Source of the DNA: Takakia lepidozioides
Lineage: Eukaryota; Plantae; Bryophyta
Direction of reading: 5' to 3'
NCBI GenBank assembly: GCA_030704615.1
Contig: CM060733.1
Span: 46,624,001 to 46,688,000, forward strand
Length of the DNA: 64,000 bases
A program made the translations under genes and the position numbers. Within the stretch, counting starts at the first letter, position 1, and every line of letters begins with the position of its first letter. The notes beneath the pieces are model-generated. The model was not told the origin of the DNA. It did no database searches and saw nothing but the letters and a program-made list of their open reading frames with translations. This document shows positions 1 to 11,934 of the stretch, piece by piece.

Positions 1-318
1 GAACGAAGACATCCAATATTCAAAATGATGACAAGCTCGTGTTCAGGAGAGCGGTGTGCAATGGGCACCCGAGGTGCGAGAATTTGAGTTGGAGACATTT
101 CCTGCGGTCAGAGGTTCAGAACCAGAGTGAGTGGGAGGGTGTCGCCGAGAATCCTTTCAAGCCCGGTGAAGCACCTCCAAGCTCCAACACTTTTGTTTGC
201 AAGTTCTGCAAACGAGCACCTTTCTGTGTGGCAGTGTGTGGAGCAAGAATGTACTATGTGGTGCACCGTTTTCCAACCTTGACTAGAGCCGGTGTGCGTG
301 CGTTTCGGGTTCCACAAC
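1..318 (+). pseudogene. Mutator-like transposase copy A, N-terminal GCM-type Zn domain fragment (5' of the CACTA insertion; runs off the window)
   Basis: RTKTSNIQNDDKLVFRRAVCNGHPRCEN...FVCKFCKRAPFCVAVCGARMYYVVH aligns with ORF 31125..32984. It ends in ...GFHN exactly at the CACTA TSD, with a small frameshift near 290-300. Confidence 0.85.
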
Positions 319-1684
319 CACTACAACAAATTGCGGCTTTTACGTCTCTGTGTTATGACTGCAAATGCAGTCATGGAAGCCATTTACGACTTCCTGACTC
401 TGCAGACGTAAAGACCTAGTCAGTTGTGACATGGCAGATATGACTCTCCAGGCTGGCTGTCACGTGGCGCCAGAGCAGCTGTGGGGGTAGTCATACACGC
501 TGGCTTTACTGAATGACTGAACGGACAGTGTAGTCCATGTCAGCGGCTGTGCAAGAGTGGCACGTGCTCGATGCAGGAAATGACACGTGGTAGAGTTTAG
601 CTCTCCATGACTGCAAACTATGACTACGGGTGTGCTAATCCGGTTGCAACACGTGGCGCATTGCAGTTTTTACACGTGGTCCATCAGCAGATTGACATGT
701 GTCATGATGGGTGTTTTTTTGGGGTGTATTGCTATTTTTTTACATATTTGTATTTCTGCCACGTGGTGTAGCACTATTGGAGAGTGAAAATAGATGTAGT
801 CATTATTATGACTATGATAGCAGTCATGTACATGTCTATTACAACAATGAAATATAATATATAATACAAAGAGAACAAGGCAGCAAGACATAACTGCAAC
901 AAGCTGAGCAAAACCAAGAGATTGCACACCATCTCTATTTACCAATCTATTTATCATTATCATTTTTGTTGCGATCTAAAAATACATTAAATAGTCGCAT
1001 GTTCTCATGTGAATTATTTTGTCTAACTATAACACTTTGAAAAGTGTTCACCCAGAATCTTCTAACTACTCATGTATTCCATCAATCTGCAACCCATCAA
1101 AAATGGCTTGCATGGCTTTAAGAATTACTACAGCAAGGACATTTGTTTGTTTTCCAAGTTCTTGCATAAGATGCACCAACCAATATTGCATTGTGAGACA
1201 CTCACTCGCTATACTCCAAAGCGTCCAGGGAAGGTCACTGAGCAACCTGCCAAGGCGGAAACAATTAAGAGAATTATCTAATACCATATATGAAAAACCA
1301 ATGCCAGTGTTGTTTATGGTAACTTCTATCCCATGTCCTAAACAAACCAAAGCAAAAAGGTTGGTGTGTATTGGCGAAGTCGTCAGATACTTCACAAAGA
1401 AACATGCACTAAAAATGAAACCCAGGATGATAGGAAGGTCACTCACGTTTATACAAAGACATCTTGCCCATTGCCCAGCACCCTGCGTCACCCACACTCT
1501 ATCTCTATTCCTTCAGCTATCCTTGCCTCTGCACAAATCAAGCATTCATCCTTGCTTTGCTGCTAGCAGCTGACAATGACAGCCTACATTTGTTCTAGGA
1601 AACACCCAACTCAGCGTAGCACACTAGTTCCTATGCTGAATTGTGTCTGCTACTCTCTGAAATGTAGCAGGCATTCACCTTTCT

Positions 1685-2064
1685 GCCCGGTTGACCCATC
1701 AGTGACTGGGCTCAGATAAGTTTCATTCCACAGCTTCTCCTCATCTCTGTTACCTATTTTTTGACACTTTCATGTTGTCACATTGGCAGGATCATGTCAA
1801 AGTCACTCCAAACTAGATTCACTCAACCAGCTAACTTGCAGAATTGAACATGTAAATTTAGGGCCGATTCTGATAAGAGGGAAAAACAGGGTGAAATATG
1901 TTGAAGAAGATGCCTTCATTAGCAGTGCCTGATTTTATCACTTGTGCCGCTGCTCCCAGTTGACCATCTACCCATGCAGGTTTCTTGTAGCTATTGATCC
2001 ACAGGGAATCACAGGTAATCTTGTGCTTGAAATCTGGCCTTCTTGGATGAATCTGGACCCACAC
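1685..2064 (-). pseudogene. Captured, rearranged OSB-type 'PDF' ssDNA-binding motif fragments
   Basis: PRRPDFKHKITCDSLWINSYKKPAWVDGQL (~1960-2050) and an EKLWNE...PSH*WVNRAEK half-motif (~1685-1760) resemble the PDF motif of plant organellar ssDNA-binding proteins. Confidence 0.7.
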
Positions 2065-2229
2065 GAAATCCTTGCTCCTTCAGCTATCCATGCCTCTGCA
2101 CAAAATCATGCATACATCCTCGCCTTGCTGCTAGCAGCTGACAATGACAGCCTAGAATTGTCAAAGCAAACACTAGCAGGGAAAACAGGGTGAAATATGT
2201 TGAAGAAGGTACCTTCATCCTTTTCTTCA

Positions 2230-2721
2230 TCATTTGCTTTCAGGTGTCCAAAGCCCCATCCCGCGCTCCTGCTCTGCACACCCTTCAAGCATCGCATTCC
2301 ACGACACCACATCTAGTTCAGCCATAGTGTTGAACACTCCCTTGGCATCCTCAATGCTCCCACATTTAGCATACATGGCCACCAGAGCCATGTTCAGGAT
2401 GACATCTGGTACAATTGCAGATTTGATGATGTCACCAGGGATCTCTTTGCCCTTTTCCAGGGCTGCAAACGCACTGCAAACGCACACAAACGTTATGTCG
2501 GCGGCCTTCACCCCTTCCCCCATCATTTTCTCAAAGGTTGGAGCCTCCATCCCGCACCCCAGCTGTGCATACCCAACAAGCATCGCACTCCACGACACCA
2601 CATCTCGTTCAGCCACAGTGTTGAACACTCCCTTTGCATCCTCAATGCACCCACAATTGGCGTACATGTCCACCAGGGCAGGGGCAGTGTTCAAAAGGAC
2701 ATGTGGTAATTTGACAGGCAT
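2230..2721 (-). pseudogene. Captured PLS-class PPR gene fragment
   Basis: ALVDMYANCGCIEDAKGVFNTVAERDVVSWSAMLVGYAQ and ALVAMYAKCGSIEDAKGVFNTMAELDVVSWNAML are PPR motifs. Internal deletions; no E/DYW domain. Confidence 0.9.
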
Positions 2722-2781
2722 TCATCTCCTGACTTGGCTATTCCCAACCCATCCTGCCATTGGCAAGAGATTCCACAGGTC

Positions 2782-3600
2782 GAAGAAGAAGGTGCCCTCA
2801 CCACACTGTCCTTGACCTTGTGTCATGACCCATGGAGGATTTGACCTTGTGTGTGATGCTTGTGTCTGTAGTCAGGTAATGTCGGATTGGTCAGTGAGAA
2901 CCTGCACCACGGTGCAGCTGAGCAGGCAGACTTTGAAACACGGTCTGCTAAGACCAAGTTGACTCTCCCAAGAACCTTGTAAACATCAGGAAGAATATCA
3001 AATCATGGAGCCAACAACCCACATTTGCAGGATGGACAAAATTCTGCACATCGTACATTAAAAAAAAACCACACCTTGCGATTGCGGTCGCACCCTCGTG
3101 AAGGATCTTAAAAAAAACTCATGCTAGCTCTGCTCCATGATTCAAATTCAGGGCCGAGTCTGATGAGAGGGCAAAATAGGCTGAAATAGGTTGAAGAAGA
3201 AGGTGCCCTCACCACATTGTCCTCGACCTTGTGTCATGACCCATGGAGGATTTGACTGACCATGAACCCAAGAGGACCTCTTGTGTGTGCTGCTTGTGTC
3301 TGTAGTTAGGTAATGTCGGATTGGTTAGTGAGAACCACCACGGTGCAGCTGAGTGGGCAGAGATTGAAACACGGCATGCTAAGACCAAGCTAACTCTCCC
3401 AAGAACCTTGTAAACATCAGGATGAATACCAATCATGGTACTAACAGGAGCCAACAACCACATTTGCAGGATGGACAAACTTCTTCACATCGTACATTAA
3501 GAAAAAGCCACACCTTGCGATTGCGGTTGTCCCACCATCGTGAAGGATCTTTAAGAAACTCATGCCAGCTCTGCTCCGTGCTGTAAAATCAGGGCCGAGC
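2782..3600. repeat. ~410-bp tandem duplication inside the Pack-CACTA
   Basis: GAAGAAGAAGGTGCCCTCACCACA...CATGACCCATGGAGGATTTGAC occurs at ~2782 and ~3193, with colinear similarity over ~400 bp. Confidence 0.85.
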
Positions 3601-3892
3601 GGGTAGAGATTGAAACACGGCCTGCTAAGACGAAGCTGACTCTCCCAAGAATGGCGAGCTCCCAGCCGAAACCTCCTCGCACACATATCCTAGCGTTTCT
3701 AGGGCTGCTTGCTTCAGATGCGAAGGTTGCTCCAACTGCGGGCCTCCCATGCATGTTTGCCCTCCCTCCCGCTCGCTCGCTCTAAGTCCCAGCCCGCTCT
3801 CTCTCTCCCTCCCGCTCGCTCTAAGTCTGTTCACGCTACTGTGATGGGCAACTTTTTAAGTTTTTTAACCTTTTTGTAAACCCTAAAAGCCC

Positions 3893-4095
3893 CTTTTTAT
3901 TTTTTTTATTTTCTTAAAGGAAACCACAAGCCCTTGAGGAGGGGAAAAATTCACCCGCCTTCATTTATGGGCCATAAGACCTACAGGACGATCAACGTCA
4001 AGACATACCGTCTCGAACAATCCAACACACGGGATAAGGGCAGCGGGTTTGAACCCCAAACCACAAGGGCGACACACTGTGCACTTACCAGCCTA
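3893..4095 (-). mobile_element. Probable tRNA-derived SINE
   Basis: Minus strand shows an A-box-like GGCTGGTAAG, a B-box GGTTCAAACCC (~4047-4057) and an A-rich 3' tail (T-tract 3893-3915 on plus). No full cloverleaf. Confidence 0.5.
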
Positions 4096-4559
4096 TGTGA
4101 TTTTTTTTAAATCTTTGTTTTTTTGGGTTTTTTTTAATTCATTCTAGTGGTAAGAGTCTCCGTTTTTTTAAGATATAAATACTCATATATTATATATATA
4201 ACCAGAAAAGCATGTGTCGACACGTGTAATCATGTAGTGATTTATCCATGTGATGATCTGGCATAATGCATTAGAGTGAGAGTCATGAAGTCATATGTCT
4301 GTCTTGCAATATGCACACGTCATTCCAGTGTAGCCATGACCGTGACTGGTAGTCATATCTGCCATGCCAATATTCGTGGTCAAACATGTTTGACCTGTGT
4401 TGCGCAGAGTCCGAAGCCATGCAGTCACATATACGCCTTCTCCAGACCTGCATTATGACTTCAAAAGCATTTTACGACTGCAAATGGCATTTCTGCCACA
4501 AATCTGTCATGACTGCGCACCCATGGGAGTCATAAAAGCCGCAATCTGTTGTAGTGAAC

Positions 4560-7066
4560 CATCCAGTGTCGAAGGGGGATTACAGGGAAAGCGTTGAAAC
4601 AATATCCAGGTTGATAAGACAAGAGTATGAGAGCAATCCAACAGCCACCACCTCCACAATTGTTCTTGGAGCAAGCAAGACTTTCCTGGAAACCCATATT
4701 TTTAGTGAAAGAGATTTTGTGGGCAAGAAACTCGACGGGTCAGCCTTGGACAATGTTATGGATCACTTCTCTACCTTGAGCTCGCCGAACATTAAGAACC
4801 AGGTGAATGCATTGAGGATGGGCTCTGCTAACAGAGGGTACGTCGATAACATTTTCGAGTTGAAGCAACGGAGCAGGTATGACTACATTCAAGAGAGTGT
4901 GTTCCCAGGTCAAAGGTCGAACAAAGTGTACGTTTTCAAAATGTCCACAGCCGGGGAGGGCAGCGGAGTCAGTCTTGTGAAGCGCATGCAAAAGGGTGGC
5001 GATCTTCAGAACTGTTTCCTTATGTTTGATCACGTCAAACGAGTGAAAGACTGGACTACAATGGCGCGTCATGTTTACGATCCTTTCTACCAGCGAGTCA
5101 TGACAATTGCAGTGTGTGACATGCAATCAGAGGATGCGGATTGGCAGCAGCTAATGTGGAGAAGTCTCATTCGCGTTATGGACTCCCAAGGTGTCCCATG
5201 TCCAAATTTTGCCGGATTTATGGCAGACAGTGCTCAAGCGAACTTCAATGCTATTCGCATTGTGTTTGGATCAGGAGATCCAAAGGTGCCAATGCCAGGA
5301 AGAGAGCGAACATGTCTTTTCCATTGGACCCAGTCCCTTGAGAAACATACAAAGGCAGACATCAAACCGGAAATGCAGCCTATTCATCTTAGGCTATGCA
5401 AACAGTACAAAGATGCGAAAAGCATGGCAGAGGCGAATACATTGTTCCAGACAATTCGTGCCTGGTGGTTCTCATTTGGGGCTGCATCAGAAGACAGTAT
5501 GAGAGCGCTAGAAGACTGGCTGGCATTTTGGCACTTCCGGTACAGACAATGGGGAGCATGCATGACAACGGTGCGTGCATTTGAAAACTTGAAAATTTCA
5601 TTGACTTTGTATCCATTTCCAATCATGTCTGTTGTGGTGGGGTGTGCCTGTCCTCTTTCTGATATATGTTTTTCCATTTTGCAGCACTTCTCAATTGAGG
5701 AGATGGTGGACATGCCCTCTTGCAATCTGGCGGAGACGGTGCACAATGTATGGTTGTAGCAATCTGGAAAGCGGGGCCGGGATTTGTATGTGGCGACGGC
5801 AGATGATCTGATTCGAGCTCTACTACAACAAACGAGATATCGGGAGTTCTTGCGGGGTGGCGTTGGTGGCAAAGGTCCAGACAAGTCCGAGTTGATGTTG
5901 CAAGCAGCAAGAAGATCAGGGGATCCGAACAAGATTGCCAGGGCTGTCAGCATGTGTGCGGAAGGAACTCCACTGGTGTCCAGAGTTCCCCATCTGGAGG
6001 GTGAGGAGAGATTCGGGTCTTGTAAACGGAAATTGAACACCCCTCATGGGTCGGATGCGGACTCCCACAAGCCAGACAGGGACAACTTCTCCATGCCGGG
6101 TGTTCCATTTCATCAGAGGTTCGTTTCCGGCATATCCAGTGCGGACGATCCTTTGTCACAAAGCCAAAGGCAGCCATCTCCCATAGTGAGTGCAATGGGG
6201 CAGGAGGCGAATGTGCTCCTCCCTGTGGTGGAGTCCATGTGCCCCGACGAAGTCTGGCACATAGAACGCACCACTGCTGGGTCTCGAGTGAGTGCACGGC
6301 AATCAGAGCAACCAATCGTGAGGAATGCAAGTCCTCCATATCCAGAGGCAAGGTCCGCACTCCGGCTCCGACCTTCACTGGTTTGTTCACGCCTTACGGG
6401 CAAGTCGAGGCGAAGAACCACAAATTCTGGTTCTACCCTGACGATTGTGGTAGGTGCGTGCGTGGGACTGTGCGACCATCGGTTGTCATGAAGCCTCCTC
6501 CACCAAGCGTTTGGCCTGTGAAGGTGGGGACACATCTCACAACTCACGAGATTGCCATGCTGGAGGAGGCAGGCTTCTCCCTTCAGCGAGCCCCCTCTGT
6601 ACATGTAGGTGCTTCTACTTCAGCAAGTTCGGGAGTGCCACCACCGAACGCTGATGCATGGCCAACAAAACAAAATGGGAAGCTAGTTCGTCATTTCCCT
6701 CCGACTGCCGAGCATTTCGGCAAGGTGGAATCTGCTCAAATGCTTCAAGGTCGTGTTACAGGTACTACGGAAGTTCCACATCCCGGGTATAGACGAATCT
6801 ACACTATGATGACCTCCACATCCGCTATGCACGACCGGTTGTACGACATCGCAGTTTCAAATTTCCCCAACTGCACCTGTCCAGATTTTGTTGGCATGCT
6901 TACAACAAGTTTGGGAAAGACAGGCAAATTTATACCCTGCAAGCATCTGTATTTTATCTTCTTGAACAGAATGGTATGTGATCCCAGACGCGACATCTTC
7001 ATTCACCAGGCGACCATGAGTTTCAACGAGGTGAATACACTTATGCAGCGGGATAGGAGCACATAA
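4560..7066 (+). pseudogene. Mutator-like (MULE) DDE transposase with C-terminal SWIM finger, copy A
   Basis: Resumes HPVSKG after the TSD. Motifs: MFDHVKR (D1), GFMADSAQA (D2), CLFHW (CxxH), CNLAETVHN (E). GT-AG intron 5571-5684, premature TAG 5757-5759, frameshift ~6290. SWIM motif CTCPDF...PCKH. Confidence 0.85.
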
Positions 7067-7294
7067 CATCCTCTTCACTTTGGTCATCTGCAAATTCCAT
7101 TACTGGATTTCACAAGAGTTGAAACTTGAAATTGATGTCCCTTCATATATTTGATGCCAATGCAGCCTCCAATTATGTTGTGCAATGTGTGCCATTTCTT
7201 TCTTGTGTGTAGTCGTTCGAAAATAAATGGAATGGATGCAAATGCTTTTACAAGTCGTTCCTGCATTTTAATTTCTGGTGTTTTGCATGAATGA

Positions 7295-7530
7295 ATGCCA
7301 CGGCTATAGGCCCCTCGGCTATAGGTGCGACATGTTTATGATGACATGGCATCTGGCAAGTTGTCCAGATGCCACGTTATTCTGACGACTGCCACGTCAG
7401 CCGGATACTAACACGTCAGCAGGCCCACGCCACGTCAGCCTCACGCTCACGCCACATCAGCTGGTGTGAGCCTGCGCTCACGCCACATCACCTCCGCGTG
7501 AGCTCACGCAGAAGTCACGTCCCTCGCTAT
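7295..7530. repeat. 3' subterminal region of Mutator-like copy A (CACGTC/GCTCACG motif cluster)
   Basis: CCACGGCTATAGG...CCTCGGCTATAGG followed by (GC)TCACG repeats. A homologous block follows copy B at ~11720-11930. Confidence 0.55.
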
Positions 7531-7770
7531 CATGAATTTCAACTTTTTGTAAATCATTACAAAGCCTTTGAACATCGTCAATTGCTTGTGATTGATTTGT
7601 CATATGCTTCAATCAAATGATATGTTTGTACCTTTGGAGTGATAATTTCCTTTTCTGTAATCACCCCTCAAACTACACAAGTTTCTGTTGACGTGGTCAC
7701 AACATTTGTCCATGATGTGATTGTAGTATCAAAATCAATCCAGTCCGCTTGCTCATAAGATGGTAAGTTC

Positions 7771-9180
7771 CTATCTTCGTTGCATGCAATTTTCATAGCT
7801 TCGTCTCCACATGCCTGGTTTATCTTGTATTGTAATGGGTTTTGGCCAATACCATGTAACCATCATGGAACTTGGTTTTGAAATACATAATTTTAAGGAT
7901 GTTGCCTTTCCAACAAAAAAAGGTATGCCAACTTCTCTATCTTCCATGCATTTGTTCATGGCAATGTATTGGCCTAGTTCCACATGTTTTGTAGGATCAT
8001 ATTCTGGAAACGGATCATCCTCTAATCCTAGTTGATATGTTGTTTGAATATTGGATACATGTCTTTGTTTTCTTGTAGGTTTTGAAGAATTGTTTCGAGG
8101 TTTGTCACGTCTTGGACCAAAATAACTTGGGCGTTCGACCATGGGAAGGTTATTCAAAATGATTCTCATTTTTTCATCTATAGCGCCCAATGTTTATGGT
8201 AAATCTTCTGCATTTGTTGGTCCAATCGTGTTTGGATTTGCATACAGATGTATCATCTGGCCAAAATGGACATGCTTTTGCTTCAGATCTATTAAGTCTT
8301 TTTGGAAAATCTACAAGATATTGTGCCAACCACTCACTATGCTCTACTGCATTCAAATTGCATTCGACATGCATATTTTTTGCAATGCATCTTTTTCTTA
8401 TGTGAATGAATTCCTCCAATGCCTTGAGCTCTGTCTCGTTTGTCTTTTCCACTTGTGCTAATTTGGGCTTCAATCTTGAATTCAGAATATCTTGCAACAT
8501 CGATAACCTTTTGGAGGACTCCATATGGGAACACGGACGTAATTTTTGGTTTGAACAAGGGGAATAGAGATGCCAACAAGAGCATCGCTGCCGATGTTCA
8601 ACTATGGCATACTGAATGACTTCCAATCCCACACATTTTGTAGGGTGACGTGATGTAACGAACAATTATGTATGTGACACTCCTTCCGTCACTAGTTGCA
8701 GTAGGCCTTTCAAAGAATCTATGTCTTGTCGTTTCAATGTACATGAGATGACGCTGAATCTTTGGTGAATGTCCTCATGAGTGTGACCAACGATGAGAAA
8801 ACAAAGATGCATTTATGCAAAATATCCAAGGCCCACCAGTGAAGCGCATAGAGCAAACATATATTGATTTTTATTTTCTCTTCTACAATTATCGGCTTGA
8901 ATGTGTAGCAATCGTGGTAGTTTGTTCCCTCGTCGAGCTTTTATGTCACCCAAAACATGCATTATAGTTTGTTATCCTGTTTGTGATGAGAATCTATCCA
9001 AACATCTGTATATAAACCCACACCATGTACTACTACGCCCCACAAATGAGTCTTCACATATTGCCCCTCGATGACAGAATGCCGCAATTTTGGGAGCATC
9101 ACAGTATTTTGGTCCATTCCGTCGACAATCAAACACAATGATTCCGTTGGATTGAGGATTGCATTTGTCTTTGCTCGCCA
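7771..9180 (-). pseudogene. DUF7869 / Sola-like DDE transposase remnant
   Basis: LIVDGMDQN...LHIQADNCRRENKNQYMF...FLIVGHTHEDIHQRFS read on the minus strand, with stops and frameshifts. Confidence 0.75.
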
Positions 9181-10379
9181 ATATATATATATATATATAT
9201 TCAATTTAAAAAGTTTGATGTAAAAGAAGATGTTCACGTATAACCTGAGTTAGTTGTTGTTTCCAAGCAAGTTCAATATTCCCAACACTTGGAAAACCTT
9301 GAGTACGGTGGAATTTGCACATTCGTATATTCTAAACGCTACATGCGATAAAATGTGTTTTTTTCAAGTGCAGAAGACAATTTAGCTGCCATGCATGACT
9401 CACCATTGCGGGCTTAGGGTGGGACAGGTGATGGCACGATTGGTGGGTAAGTATAGGAGCTATACCATCTATAGACCTCCTTTTAAGTCACCTGTAGAGT
9501 TGATCTTGGGATCAAAATGTCGTTGATAGGGTTAATGTATATGATGTCACTGCATTCATGTGGCCAACACAAACTCATTCCCTTGATTTGATTCCGATTT
9601 CTCTTGTGCAGATGCCCACCTTTGTGGTTGTGGCACGTCGGAGGTGCCTTCATTGGCTCCTCCATTGTATCACACCCAAGGAGGACCGTAATGCAGCGTT
9701 GGAATTAGAGGTAAGACGCCTCCAAGAAAAGTATCATAGCTTGGAGGTGGAGATGGTGGAGATCATGGAGAAAATGCGGGGTGACTTTGCGCCACCATCA
9801 GCATGGAGGACTTGCGCAGGGACATGAAAGATGGATTTGCGGAAATGAAGTCGGAGATAAATGCCGTTTCAAGTGCCTTGAAGTTGGAGTTAAATGTCAT
9901 TTCTAGTGACTTAAAAAGTGCTTAAGGTTTGGTTAGGTATTGCTCTCCTTATTGCAATTTTGAGGAGGGACTTAGCTGTATCGCTTTTGTCATTTTCAGG
10001 GAGAAATTCGTTGTTTGGGCACTGAGGAAGAGGGGATGGCCTCAAGTGTAAGCGCAAAAGGAGAGGTAGCGGAGCGGGCAAGGCTTGATCCCTGGGCGTA
10101 TGAAGCTTGCACATGGTCTGTAGAGGGTGTCGACTTTCTCGTGTCTACCTTTGTTCAATCGCTCTGCAGCTACAGTGGACCTTCTGGTTTGTTCTTTGGC
10201 CCTTTAATTCTTCAACTGAGGATGACGCCATAACAAATATCTGTTGGGGATTCCAATTCACAAGGATGGATGAAAGCAACGTTTTAGACAACATGGTTAG
10301 AGAGATACAGAGATATCAGATCCACTGCAAACTATTTTCTGAATGTGTATCTCATGCAAGGTTTTGAGAACATAGCTAA

Positions 10380-11317
10380 TTCCTTGCCAATGATCAACAT
10401 CCAACACGACGGCAAGCTCCAGCATCAAACAGTGCCACTGAAATGGTGCAGGAGAGAAACAACCCCCTTGATGTGCTTGAGTCCGCATGCCCCGACCACA
10501 TTTGGCACATAGAACGCACAAGTGTAGGGTCTCGTGTGAAATGTACAGCGATCAGGGCAACTAATTTCGAGAAGTGCACTTCATCTATATCCAGAGGTGG
10601 TGCCCGAACTCTTGCTCCGACTTTCACGGGTTTGATGCGTCCATACGGTCAACCAGAAGCCAAGAACCACAAGTTCTGGTTCTACGCAGATGATTGTGCC
10701 AGAGTGTGCATGGAACTGTGCGTCCTTCCGTAGTGATGAAGCCATCTCCTCCAACCATTTGGCCCGTGAAGGTGGGAACACATCTCAGATTTCAGGAGAT
10801 TGAAATGCTGGAGGAGGCAGGCTTTTCCCTTGCGAGACAACCCTAACTCCATGCATGTGCTACTACTTCTGCGTCCTCCCGGGTCCCCCCGGCAAATCCT
10901 GACTTGTGGCCAACCAAACGAGATGGAAAGCTCGTTTGGCGTTTCCCTCCAACCGCTGAACACTTTGGCAAAGTGGAGTCCGCAGGAATGCTCCAAGTTC
11001 GTGTTGGAAGCACCACGGAAGTACCCGATCCAGGATATGGTCGGGTATTCACAATCATCACTTCCACATCTGTTGTTCATGACAGGACCTACGACATCAC
11101 GGTTTCCAATTTCCCCAATTGCACATGTCCTGATTTTGTGAATATGCTATCAACCAGTTTGGGCAAGAGAGGTAAATTCATACCCTGCAAACATTTGTAT
11201 TTCATATTTTTGAAGAGGATGGTTTGCGATCCCAAACGTGATAACTTCATTCACCAGGCCACTATGAGTTTTAACGAGGTCGATACTCTATTGCAGCGGG
11301 ATACAACACATGGGTAG
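10380..11317 (+). pseudogene. Mutator-like transposase copy B, C-terminal / SWIM part only
   Basis: WHIERTSVGSRVKCTAIRATN...KNHKFWFY and WPTKRDGKL...CTCPDFVNML...PCKHLYFIF are colinear with copy A 6200-7066; frameshifted. Confidence 0.85.
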
Positions 11318-11719
11318 CATCAACTATGCAATGTGGTATGTGGACGACCATGATTTGAAATGTGTAATTCACATCAATTCGTCGACGGTGCAATGATATG
11401 GCCTCCAACTATACTGAGTGAGCTCTGAGTGGCAACTTTTAAAAGCACATTTGTCATTGCACCGTTCGAAGTCTACATGTCTTGTTGTCGCTATGCACTA
11501 CAATCATCTTTTGAAGATGATCCTAACTCTCATTGTTATTTGAGGAGGGAGGAAGGTCTTCCCGTGGCAGCCTCTATGGCGCACACTTTGTGAGGATATT
11601 TTCTCGTCCTCGTAATTGTAAAAGTGAAACAAGCATTTGTAATTGCACAATGTTGGATGCTACAATTGTAGGCCTCATGGTAGTCTTGATTCTATTTAGG
11701 CAAGATTCCCTGCATTAAT

Positions 11720-11932
11720 TCCACGGTCATAGGACCATCCTCGGTTATAGGCGGCGCATGTTAATGTCGACGTGGCAGATGACGGACAGTGCCACGTCAT
11801 CATTTGTTGCCACATCAGCATGCTGACATGACGCTCATGCCATGTCAGCGTGGGTGCACGCTCACGCTACGTCACTCCTGCGTGAGCGTACGCTCACGTG
11901 CTCACGCGCAACGCTCACGCCATTGCGTCGTT
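11720..11932. repeat. 3' subterminal region of Mutator-like copy B
   Basis: CCACGGTCATAGG...CCTCGGTTATAGG plus a GCTCACG cluster, homologous to 7295-7530. Confidence 0.55.
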
Positions 11933-11934
11933 GG

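Larger units (their letters stand above)
319..4556. mobile_element. Non-autonomous Pack-CACTA (En/Spm) element, 4,238 bp, with captured gene fragments
   Basis: Left TIR CACTACAACAAATTGCGGCTTTTA at 319. Right TIR TAAAAGCCGCAATCTGTTGTAGTG ends at 4556 (23/24 match). 3-bp TSD AAC at 316-318 and 4557-4559. CATGAC-rich subterminal repeats; no intact transposase inside. Confidence 0.95.

Noticed and set aside
1019-1573. CACTA transposase remnant inside the Pack element
   Set aside because: Overlapping short ORFs on both strands with no motif I can identify.
4040-4095. tRNA gene
   Set aside because: Only A/B-box-like motifs and no convincing cloverleaf; treated as a SINE head.
9558-10370. Short coiled-coil ORFs upstream of transposase copy B
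   Set aside because: Fragmented, with no recognisable family.
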